DNA of 63,832 nucleotides, from assembly GCA_002502685.1 (NCBI GenBank), contig DAQA01000008.1:1213-65044 (forward strand), written 5' to 3'. This document shows, piece by piece, positions 1 to 8,017 of the stretch (its first letter is position 1; each line of letters begins with the position of its first letter). The notes beneath the pieces are model-generated. The model saw nothing but the letters and a program-made list of their open reading frames with translations, was not told where the DNA came from and made no database searches. Origin of the DNA: Euryarchaeota archaeon UBA202 (lineage in GTDB: Archaea > Thermoplasmatota > E2 > UBA202). Made by a program: the position numbers and the translations under genes.

Positions 1-231
1 AATGTGTATCTTGATGGGGTGTCCATTGGAACCACTGATTCAGATGGTAAGGTTCTCTACAAGGCAGAGGATGAAGGTGTCTTTGAGATCACTGCGACAC
101 ATTCCACCTATGCTCAGGTGGGGGCATATGAAATCGAGGTAGTGGAAGAAGCCGTACCCGGTTTTGAAGCCGTTGCCATACTAGTGGCTTTCCTTGGTGC
201 TGTTCTTTTCTTCTATCGACGGAAAAAGTAA
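1..231 (+). CDS. C-terminal fragment of a cell-surface protein ending in a PGF-CTERM-type sorting signal (5' end lies outside the window)
   Basis: The reading frame is open to the left window edge. The protein ends ...EEAVPGFEAVAILVAFLGAVLFFYRRKK*, that is a PGF motif, a hydrophobic helix and a basic tail, which is the archaeosortase A substrate pattern. Confidence 0.6.
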   Translation, partial: NVYLDGVSIGTTDSDGKVLYKAEDEGVFEITATHSTYAQVGAYEIEVVEEAVPGFEAVAILVAFLGAVLFFYRRKK

Positions 232-274
232 CTAGTTCCTCCTCCTCTTTTTTCCTCTTTCCTTTTTCTTCTTA

Positions 275-286
275 TTTTTTTTTTTT
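275..286 (+). terminator. Oligo-T tract (12 T) downstream of the surface-protein gene; candidate archaeal intrinsic terminator
   Basis: A T12 run lies about 45 nt after the TAA stop and is preceded by further T5-T6 runs. Archaeal RNA polymerase terminates at oligo-dT tracts. Confidence 0.4.
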
Positions 287-373
287 ATTATTTAGTTTCG
301 ATCATCCTGTTACCTCTTGCTTTGTCGATTGGCCCATGATACATTTCCTATTCTTTGGAACAGATATCACAAA

Positions 374-381
374 TTTAATAA
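374..381 (+). promoter_or_regulatory. TATA-box-like element (TTTAATAA) for hsp20
   Basis: The box ends 24 nt upstream of the ATG at 406. This spacing predicts a leaderless or near-leaderless transcript. Confidence 0.4.
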
Positions 382-405
382 CGGGTAAAGGTATAGAGAT
401 ATTAC

Positions 406-927
406 ATGTCTATGCCAAGAAAAAGAAGGCGCAGCCCTTTTGATCTATTTGGGGATGATTTTGAAAGGATGTTTGAAGAAATGGAAAAAATGATGGAGGA
501 AGCTTTTCAATCGACATCTATAGACATGGAACAGCCCTTTGTAAGGGGATTTAGTGTTAGAGTTGGCCCTGATGGAAAACCACACATCCAAGAATTTGGT
601 AATAGACCCTTACGTGCTCCTTCAGGAGAGTCACAAATCTCCGAAGAGAGAGAACCCTTGACCGATGTCATAGAGGGTGACAAAATAGTGGCGGTAACAG
701 TGGAGATACCTGGAGTGGACAAGGAAAATATCGATTTAGAAGTTATGGAGGACTCCCTGGAAATCAATGTTGATTGCCAGGGAAGGAAATATCATAAGCT
801 TTTGGATTTACCTTGTAGGGTTAATCCCTCCACCACCAAGGCAACCTATAAAAACGGTGTCCTTGATGTCGAAATCCAACGGAAGGATAAAAAAACCAGG
901 AAAGGCTTCAAAGTCGACATCACCTAA
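406..927 (+). CDS. hsp20: Small heat-shock protein, Hsp20/alpha-crystallin family
   Basis: The C-terminal half shows an alpha-crystallin-domain pattern (EGDKIVAVTVEIPGVDKENIDLEV...LEI...YHKLLDLPCRVNP...ATYKNGVLDVEI). Confidence 0.8.
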   Translation: MSMPRKRRRSPFDLFGDDFERMFEEMEKMMEEAFQSTSIDMEQPFVRGFSVRVGPDGKPHIQEFGNRPLRAPSGESQISEEREPLTDVIEGDKIVAVTVEIPGVDKENIDLEVMEDSLEINVDCQGRKYHKLLDLPCRVNPSTTKATYKNGVLDVEIQRKDKKTRKGFKVDIT

Positions 928-936
928 CGTCGCTAA

Positions 937-2250
937 CTAATTAATATACTCATCCAGTTTATCCTTGGCTTCTTTACGTTTTCCCTCTAGTTCTTCGAGA
1001 AATTTCGTAATCATTTCAATAGCAAGTGTTTTGCAGTCCCCGCAACGCTGTTCCCCATTCCTACATTTTTCATAAATCTCTGTTAGTTGTTTATCATCTG
1101 GTAACAGATGATAGAGAAAGAGTTCATATACAACACATTTGTTGGGGTTGCCGCCATATTTTTTTTGTTCCGCAAGCGAGGTCGCTCCTCCTGTTTTCGC
1201 TGATTGCATCTTCTTTTGTGCTTCCTGGGGTGTGTCGGTAAGAAATATAGCTGTCTGGGGTTTACTGCTAGACATTTTTTCACCGGTTAACCCGGTCATG
1301 AAACGATGATAGGTGGAGGAAGGCAGAATAAATCCATATCCCCCATATTCTTGTTCAATTTTTGCCAGTGCTCTGTCAATGGCATCCATATCGATATTTT
1401 TATCCTGGATATATAGGGCATTATATTTTGTTATTCGTTTTATGGAATAACCCTTTTTTTGTACTGCCTCTTGTGCTTTGTCAAGGAGTTTTTCACTATC
1501 CTTTTTACCTTTAACAAAAATCCCTGGTTTACCATCCTTTGCCACTGCTACATTATATAACCTATGGGATTGAGCAATATCTCGTGTAAAACGGATATGG
1601 GGGTCTTGATCTACGCCCACGGGAACCAGGGTAGGGCGGGGACCACCATATTTTTTCATCTGCACATGGAGAATATCGCCACACTGAATTAGGGGGGCAA
1701 AGACATGAGCCATATTGGTTGCGCCAGTAAACCCATAGATAGATGTTACTTCTGACCAGTTTGCTTTTTTTGCCAGGATATAACCTAAGTCCGTAACCTC
1801 CTTTTGTTGAGATTGAAAATAGATATTACAAGGTTTTAATCCAAGAGCTATATAACTAATTATATATTCCTCCAGTGCAACTTTTTTTGCTTCAGGAAGT
1901 GTATATCCCCGGGTGGCATAGGCTTCAATATCTGCTACACCAATAAAAATGTCTGCCCCCAGTGATTGATAGTACATGACTTGGTCTATAACCATTTTAT
2001 GGCCTAGATGCATTTTTCCCGAGGGCATCAAGCCAGTCATCATCGCCCATTTTTTTTTATTTTGTATAGCTTGGATAACCCGATAAAAATCTCTCTGTCC
2101 AAAAACGATGCCACGGCGAAACAGCAGTGGAGGATGCGGTAAAGACTTCCAGTGTTCCTTTTTGAATTCCTGGATGCCAAATTGTTCCCTTAAATGGGCA
2201 TAGTCACTATAATCAGTGGTGCTCCACGGATCAATTTTTAGGTCTTCCAT
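937..2250 (-). CDS. trpS: Tryptophanyl-tRNA synthetase (archaeal/eukaryal type) with a C-terminal four-Cys motif and an internal insertion
   Basis: Class I aaRS signatures are present: a HIGH-type motif GKMHLGH, GVDQDPHIRFTRD and a KMSKS-type motif KMSSS. The length is 437 aa. Confidence 0.8.
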   Translation of the reverse strand: MEDLKIDPWSTTDYSDYAHLREQFGIQEFKKEHWKSLPHPPLLFRRGIVFGQRDFYRVIQAIQNKKKWAMMTGLMPSGKMHLGHKMVIDQVMYYQSLGADIFIGVADIEAYATRGYTLPEAKKVALEEYIISYIALGLKPCNIYFQSQQKEVTDLGYILAKKANWSEVTSIYGFTGATNMAHVFAPLIQCGDILHVQMKKYGGPRPTLVPVGVDQDPHIRFTRDIAQSHRLYNVAVAKDGKPGIFVKGKKDSEKLLDKAQEAVQKKGYSIKRITKYNALYIQDKNIDMDAIDRALAKIEQEYGGYGFILPSSTYHRFMTGLTGEKMSSSKPQTAIFLTDTPQEAQKKMQSAKTGGATSLAEQKKYGGNPNKCVVYELFLYHLLPDDKQLTEIYEKCRNGEQRCGDCKTLAIEMITKFLEELEGKRKEAKDKLDEYIN

Positions 2251-2340
2251 TAAAATTTCGGCTTCTTATCACCTAGCCTCTATTTGTAATTTTTTATGTT
2301 TTCCAGTAAACATAATAAGAACATTGTGTATTATCCTCCC

Positions 2341-3309
2341 ATGGTAGACATGAGTTACCAGGGAGCAGGCGTGGATATTGATTTAGAAGAAGAAACCATT
2401 GAAGCCATTAAATCTAAAATAGGGAAGTGCACCGGGATCATCCAGGCCGAGGGAAAAAAACTAGTGTTATGTATTGATGGCATAGGCTCAAAAATATTGA
2501 TTGCTAACGCTATGATGAAATGGGATACCATTGGGATAGATTGTATGGCAATGAATGTTAATGATGCTCTCTGTCTGGGGGCAAAACCACTGGCATTTGT
2601 AGACTACCTTGCCATGGAAACAATTAATCCAGATATAGCCCGTTCCATCGCCATAGGTTTGCAAAAAGGGGCAGATATGGCAGGAGTTAGCATCATTGGG
2701 GGTGAAACCGCCACTCTCCCTGATATCGTCACAGGCTTGGATTTAGCCGGGACATGCCTTGGTATCATCATCAAGGATCTACCCCGTGACATTTACCCTG
2801 GTGATTACATCATTGGGTTGCGAAGCTCAGGTATCCATTCAAATGGATATACCCTTGTACGCAAAGTCCTTGAAAAAGAGGGTATATCCTATACTGATCC
2901 CTTTCCAGGAGGAGGAACAGTAGGAGAGGTTTTACTTGCACCAACCCAAATATATGTCAAAGAAATTCTTGATCTTATGCAGCATGTTGACGTCAAGGGG
3001 CTCTCCCATATCACGGGTGGCGGTCTTCGGAATCTTAAACGACTCAGTAAAAATGTTTGTTTTTCCATTGACTATCCCTTTGAACCACAAAAAATATTCC
3101 AGGTTATACAACGCCTAGGAAATGTTACTCCCCATGATATGTATCAAACCTTTAATATGGGAATGGGTTTTGCGATAATTGTGTCACGTAACACTAGTGA
3201 TTCCGCTCTCGATATCCTACAGAAACATTCAACCATTCAAGCACAAATTGTTGGCAAGGTCATTGAAGGACACGGGGTTAGTCTTCCCTCAAAGGATTTA
3301 CACTATTAG
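2341..3309 (+). CDS. purM: Phosphoribosylformylglycinamidine cyclo-ligase (AIR synthetase)
   Basis: PurM-like motifs are present: YQGAGVDID, DGIGSK, GGETA, SSGIHSNGYTL, HITGGG. The ORF opens at 2296, but the conserved N-terminus starts near 2350, and the divergent trpS promoter needs space, so the ATG at 2341 is preferred. Confidence 0.8.
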   Translation: MVDMSYQGAGVDIDLEEETIEAIKSKIGKCTGIIQAEGKKLVLCIDGIGSKILIANAMMKWDTIGIDCMAMNVNDALCLGAKPLAFVDYLAMETINPDIARSIAIGLQKGADMAGVSIIGGETATLPDIVTGLDLAGTCLGIIIKDLPRDIYPGDYIIGLRSSGIHSNGYTLVRKVLEKEGISYTDPFPGGGTVGEVLLAPTQIYVKEILDLMQHVDVKGLSHITGGGLRNLKRLSKNVCFSIDYPFEPQKIFQVIQRLGNVTPHDMYQTFNMGMGFAIIVSRNTSDSALDILQKHSTIQAQIVGKVIEGHGVSLPSKDLHY

Positions 3310-3800
3310 CGTTTATATCCTATCTTACGCAAAAAGGTCCTTCTCTCACTGATATCTTTTTCTGTTTCAATGCCTTTGCTTGCATATCCATCAATTACCC
3401 CTATAATCCCTCTACCCTTCTCCCCATTTATATCCTGCTCAACCAGTACAACCATGGTGGGATTAGCGGTTGCACAAAAGATATTGCATACTTCCGGGAC
3501 TCTTTTGAGAGCAGGAAGAATATTTAAGGGAAAGCATTTGTCCATAAAAAGGATAAATGAATGACCCGCTGCAATATTCTTTGCATTTTGAATAGCAATT
3601 TTTTTAAGATCCTCATCATTTCCCTCCGCTCTAATTAAGCACGGGCCCGAAGCTTCACAAAAAGCAAAACCAAAACGGGCATGGGGAACTGTATTTATTA
3701 TAGCCTCATATATATCCTCCACACTCTTGATAAAATGCGTTTGCCCCAAGATAAAATTTATTTCTCCTGGTTTTTCTATCATTACTTCTTTCATTTCCAT
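3306..3800 (-). CDS. Adenosine-specific kinase-like protein (PF04008/DUF355-type)
   Basis: This is a 164-aa protein with the pattern FGFAFCEASGP.L.R..GND......A..NA..I.AGH.F...........LN.LK.VPEV..I.CATANP typical of this archaeal family. The call rests on recollection of the family, not on a search. Confidence 0.55.
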   Translation of the reverse strand: MEMKEVMIEKPGEINFILGQTHFIKSVEDIYEAIINTVPHARFGFAFCEASGPCLIRAEGNDEDLKKIAIQNAKNIAAGHSFILFMDKCFPLNILPALKRVPEVCNIFCATANPTMVVLVEQDINGEKGRGIIGVIDGYASKGIETEKDISERRTFLRKIGYKR

Positions 3801-3926
3801 GAAAATTGAAATAATCCAAAAGGTTAAAAATATGTGGTTTTTTCTGAACCCCTCTGTGCATTATCCAACAAACCATACCGGATGCGTACAATCTTTATTT
3901 TTTCCAATGGCGGTTTATCTCTACTT

Positions 3927-4712
3927 TCAGTGTCCAATTTCTCCTACCAATACTGTATGATCAGAAGGCTTATGGGTGACTCGAGGCTTCATATCGATAT
4001 AGCACGCCTGGGACCTGGCAGCCAGAAATTGACTAACCATGATATGATCAATCCGCCATCCAATCTTTCTTTCAACTGCATCTTTTACCCGATAATCAAA
4101 AAAGGTATATTTCCCTGGTTCATTGGGGTAATATTTACGGAATAGATCCACAAAACCTAACGATGCCACATTATGAAATGCTTTCTTTACTTCCGTATGA
4201 AAACATACATGTCTCTTTTTCTTTTCAGGATTGGTCACATCAATATCCAAGGGTGCCACATTCATGTCACCGCACCAAAGAATATTTTTTTCCTGTGAAT
4301 AAGCATTCTCGATATATTCCTTTAATCTATGGAAAAATTGTAGTTTATATTGATAGCGATAATCATCTAAACTATACCCCTGAGGCACATAAGTATTGAT
4401 TACTGTCATCCCATTGATTTGAGCGGTTAATAATCTATCTTCCTCCTTAGGCTTATCAGGGAAACCCACAAGTACCTCTCTCGGTTCTCTACGTAGCGCC
4501 ATAGCAACACCATTTCTTCCGTCTTTGCTGCCGCTAAAAATGATGTGATAGCCAATATTCTGGAATGCCGCCACGGGGAAATTTTCGTTATCAACCTTTG
4601 TTTCCTGAAGACAGAGAACATCTGGCTTATTCTCTTTTAGCCAGGGGATAACAATGTGAAGGCGTGACCGAATTGAATTCACATTATAGGTAGCGCATTT
4701 ACAATTCTTCAT
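3927..4712 (-). CDS. xth: Exodeoxyribonuclease III (AP endonuclease)
   Basis: The sequence shows YNVNSIRSRL, DVLCLQETK, GDMNVAP and the C-terminal SDHTV motif of the EEP/ExoIII family. Confidence 0.85.
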   Translation of the reverse strand: MKNCKCATYNVNSIRSRLHIVIPWLKENKPDVLCLQETKVDNENFPVAAFQNIGYHIIFSGSKDGRNGVAMALRREPREVLVGFPDKPKEEDRLLTAQINGMTVINTYVPQGYSLDDYRYQYKLQFFHRLKEYIENAYSQEKNILWCGDMNVAPLDIDVTNPEKKKRHVCFHTEVKKAFHNVASLGFVDLFRKYYPNEPGKYTFFDYRVKDAVERKIGWRIDHIMVSQFLAARSQACYIDMKPRVTHKPSDHTVLVGEIGH

Positions 4713-4894
4713 ATAGTATCCCCTATCTATATTGCATTTGTTAATTTATGGGTATATTTCCCTTTCAGCTTAGATAATTTATATATATATTTTATCAGAT
4801 TTGTTTTCTTTGGCACTATTTTTTTTTGTATTTAGAGCTGTGCACATTATTACTAAATTATATATATACTAACCATATATCCCACGTGGGTACC

Positions 4895-5494
4895 ATGGAT
4901 ACTGCCTTCATAAATAGCTATAGACATAAGAGAGACACATTTTACAAATGGAAAGAAGAAACACATTTTGTTAACAAAATATCCTTGGCATTTCTCTTTG
5001 CCTGTTTGACTGCAGCTGGTGCTACGATTAAGATATTTTTTCCTTTTACTCCTGTACCCTTGACTCTTCAGGTTTTTTTTGTGTTGCTTGGTGGATTGGT
5101 TCTTGGTAAATACGGGGGCCTTGCCCAGGTGTTCTATGTAGGTATGGGTGCCGCTGGTATTCCTTGGTTTACTGCCCAATCGGCATTGATGGGTGTCACA
5201 GGAGGCTATTTAATAGGTTTTGTTTTAGCCGCGTTTCTGATTGGATGGATTACTGATATTAGTGTTCAAGCACGGCATTTCAGGGGATTGATAGTTGTGA
5301 TGCTTTTAGCCTTGGGAGTTATTTATGCATGTGGATCTCTTCAATTATCCATTATCCTTAGGACAAATTTTATTGATACCGTATCCCTTGGTGTTCTACC
5401 CTTTATTGGCAAGGATATTCTTACAATCTTTTTCATCTCCTTGATAGGGTCTGTTCTTCTCTCTAAAAAACATAGTTACGAATCTTTACAATAA
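4895..5494 (+). CDS. bioY: Biotin transporter BioY (ECF S-component)
   Basis: This is a multi-TM protein with a BioY-like core (TPVPLTLQVFFVLLGGLVLGKYGG...GGYLIGF). The ATG at 4895 is preferred over the alternative start at 4826 in the ORF track. Confidence 0.75.
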   Translation: MDTAFINSYRHKRDTFYKWKEETHFVNKISLAFLFACLTAAGATIKIFFPFTPVPLTLQVFFVLLGGLVLGKYGGLAQVFYVGMGAAGIPWFTAQSALMGVTGGYLIGFVLAAFLIGWITDISVQARHFRGLIVVMLLALGVIYACGSLQLSIILRTNFIDTVSLGVLPFIGKDILTIFFISLIGSVLLSKKHSYESLQ

Positions 5495-5547
5495 TTGCGA
5501 TACGGAGATATTTATATTTTTCTTTTTTTTTTAGTTGTTCATAGGAT

Positions 5548-6222
5548 TTAATCCTTTTTTTTGATGCTGTGTATATATATACAATCACCCGCAACAATTT
5601 TTTTTACTTGGCTATCCCTCTTTACTAGTAGTCCTCCATCTACATCTATATCTGTTGCTATCCCGGTTACTTCTTCTTCATTTAGTTTTATCTTTACTTG
5701 TTTCCCTAGTGTGTGGGAGAATCTTCTATAGGCATCCCGGATAGTTTGTTTAGGGGATTTTAGGGTGTCCATAAGGGATTCATAAAGACGGGTAAGAAGG
5801 CTATTACGGGACACCTGTATTCCCTCCTGGGAAAGAGATGTTGCAGTTTCCAAAGGTGTGTCACTAATATTAATCCCGATTCCCACAACGGCATCTTGGC
5901 CACTGGTTTCTATTAAGATACCTGCAATTTTTTTATCCATGACCAAGATATCATTTGGCCATTTGATAGCGGCATCAATACCTATCTTGCAAAGAGTGGT
6001 AGCCACAGCCACGGCGACTATTACAGGTAAAAACCTATCGCTTTCAATAATTATGGAACAATAGAGACCCCCGGGGGGTGAAAGCCAGGTCCTGTTCAGT
6101 CTTCCTCTCCCCGTTATTTGGCTATCAGCAACAATAATACTTCCTTTCTCAACTCCCTTTTTTATTAGTTGTCTTGCTATTTTCTGGGTAGATTCAACTT
6201 CGCCATACCAATAAATTTTCAT
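5548..6222 (-). CDS. birA: Biotin--[acetyl-CoA-carboxylase] ligase, short form without an N-terminal HTH domain
   Basis: It carries the GRGRLNRTWLSPPGGLY signature of biotin protein ligases. At 224 aa there is no room for a repressor domain. Confidence 0.85.
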   Translation of the reverse strand: MKIYWYGEVESTQKIARQLIKKGVEKGSIIVADSQITGRGRLNRTWLSPPGGLYCSIIIESDRFLPVIVAVAVATTLCKIGIDAAIKWPNDILVMDKKIAGILIETSGQDAVVGIGINISDTPLETATSLSQEGIQVSRNSLLTRLYESLMDTLKSPKQTIRDAYRRFSHTLGKQVKIKLNEEEVTGIATDIDVDGGLLVKRDSQVKKIVAGDCIYIHSIKKKD

Positions 6223-6226
6223 CTAT

Positions 6227-6559
6227 CTACATAAAAGTTGGGGGTGATCCTACCGTTAAATAAATGGCTTTTCCTTTCCCCAAATTTTTTGCGCCATGCG
6301 GTATATCAGATCGGTGCCAGAGTATATCTCCCTTATCCATTACAAATTTTCTTTCTCCCCCCACATATCCAATTTTACCTTCTAAAACTAGATGAATTTC
6401 TTCCCCCTTGTGTTTATACAAGCGAGATGTTGCTGACTCCTCCAGCTCTGATATAATTGCCTCCATCATGGTAGATTTCATCAGCATATTATACACTTTT
6501 CCATTTCTTTTTTTCTCGTATTTTACCTCTCCTTTTTTTAAAAAAATGGTGTCCTCCAT
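6227..6559 (-). CDS. Cupin-domain protein
   Basis: A cupin_2-like pattern is present: HKGEEIHLVLEGK....G.....KGDILWH.SDIPHGAKN. It sits 4 nt from both pycA and birA. Confidence 0.6.
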   Translation of the reverse strand: MEDTIFLKKGEVKYEKKRNGKVYNMLMKSTMMEAIISELEESATSRLYKHKGEEIHLVLEGKIGYVGGERKFVMDKGDILWHRSDIPHGAKNLGKGKAIYLTVGSPPTFM

Positions 6560-6563
6560 GGTA

Positions 6564-8003
6564 TCACCTTAATGATGCAATATAGGCCTGTACACCAGTG
6601 ATAGCTGCAACTTTTTGTCCAGTAGACCCATTCGATACCTCCTTGACATATTGCTTAACTTTATCCATGATGCCGTAGTGGGGAATAAAACTTGTATTGT
6701 ATTTGCCTGTTAACCACTGGGAATGGTTCATAACCACGGTATGAAAAGGAATGTTTGTTTTTACTCCTCCGATTTGAAATTCCCAGAGTGCACGTTTCAT
6801 TCGGTTGATAGCTCTCGATCGATCTTCAGCCCGCACAATTAATTTTGCAATCATGGAATCATAATAAGGGGGAATAGTGAATCCTTGATACACACCTGAA
6901 TCAATCCTGACACCTGGACCGCTTGGTTCAGCATAACGTATTATCTTCCCGGGAGCAGGATTGAATTGATTCATGGGGTCCTCAGCATTAATTCTGCATT
7001 CTATGGCATGCCCACGGGGAACAATATCGTCTTGGCTATAGGATAATTCCCTACCAGAGGCTACTAGGAGCTGTTCTCGTGCTAAATCCACACCGGTTAT
7101 CTCTTCAGTGATAGGATGCTCCACTTGTAGACGGGTATTCATCTCTAAAAAGTAGTACTTTCCCTCCTTAAACATAAATTCACATGTGCCTGCATTATAA
7201 TATCCTGCGGTCTTGCCCACTAGCACCGCTTGTTCACCCATCTCCCTTCGCAGTTCTGGTGTAAGAGCACATGAAGGCGTTTCTTCAATCAATTTTTGAT
7301 TTCTCCTTTGGATGCTGCATTCTCGCTCATAGACATGGATTAAATTCCCTTTTTTATCTCCCATTATTTGAAATTCGATATGCCGAGGATCTTGGATAAA
7401 TTTCTCGATAAATACTGCGTCATCACCAAAGGAATTAAGAGCCAATTTTCGTACACTATCAAGGGCCTTTTCCAGTTTTTCATCATTTTCCACCATTTGT
7501 ATACCAATTCCTCCCCCGCCTGCAGATGCCTTTAGCATTATTGGATAACCAATGTTATGGGCAATATCCTTGGCTTTATCATGATTAGAAATTGCCTCAG
7601 TTACCCCCGGTACAACATGAACCCCTGCCTTTAGCATGGATTTCTTAGAGTCTATCTTGGAACCCATCAGCTTCATTGCTTTTACAGGGGGGCCAATAAA
7701 CTCAATACCATTTTTTTTACATAATTGTGCAAATTGGGCACTTTCAGCCATAAATCCATAGCCTGGATGAATACCCTCAGCTTCACATTTCAATGCTACA
7801 TCGATTATTTTATCCTTATTTAGATAACTTTGTGATGCTGGTCCAGGTCCGATATTATATTTTTCATCCGCATACTTCACAAAAAGAGCAGATTTATCTG
7901 CATCAGAAAAGACAGCCACGGTTGCTATCCCCAACTCCTTGCATGCCCTCATTATCCTAATTGCAATTTCGCCCCGATTCGCTATTAAAACCTTATTGAA
8001 CAT
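6564..8003 (-). CDS. pycA: Pyruvate carboxylase subunit A (biotin carboxylase, ATP-grasp)
   Basis: The N-terminus is canonical for biotin carboxylases (FNKVLIANRGEIAIRIMRACKELGI), followed by ATP-grasp motifs and EMNTRLQVEHP. Confidence 0.85.
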   Translation of the reverse strand: MFNKVLIANRGEIAIRIMRACKELGIATVAVFSDADKSALFVKYADEKYNIGPGPASQSYLNKDKIIDVALKCEAEGIHPGYGFMAESAQFAQLCKKNGIEFIGPPVKAMKLMGSKIDSKKSMLKAGVHVVPGVTEAISNHDKAKDIAHNIGYPIMLKASAGGGGIGIQMVENDEKLEKALDSVRKLALNSFGDDAVFIEKFIQDPRHIEFQIMGDKKGNLIHVYERECSIQRRNQKLIEETPSCALTPELRREMGEQAVLVGKTAGYYNAGTCEFMFKEGKYYFLEMNTRLQVEHPITEEITGVDLAREQLLVASGRELSYSQDDIVPRGHAIECRINAEDPMNQFNPAPGKIIRYAEPSGPGVRIDSGVYQGFTIPPYYDSMIAKLIVRAEDRSRAINRMKRALWEFQIGGVKTNIPFHTVVMNHSQWLTGKYNTSFIPHYGIMDKVKQYVKEVSNGSTGQKVAAITGVQAYIASLR

Positions 8004-8017
8004 AGATTTTTTTCATC

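Noticed and set aside
4826-4894. Upstream extension of the bioY ORF from a non-ATG start
   Set aside because: The extension is AT-rich, promoter-like sequence (tatatatat tracts). The first ATG at 4895 gives a normal BioY length.
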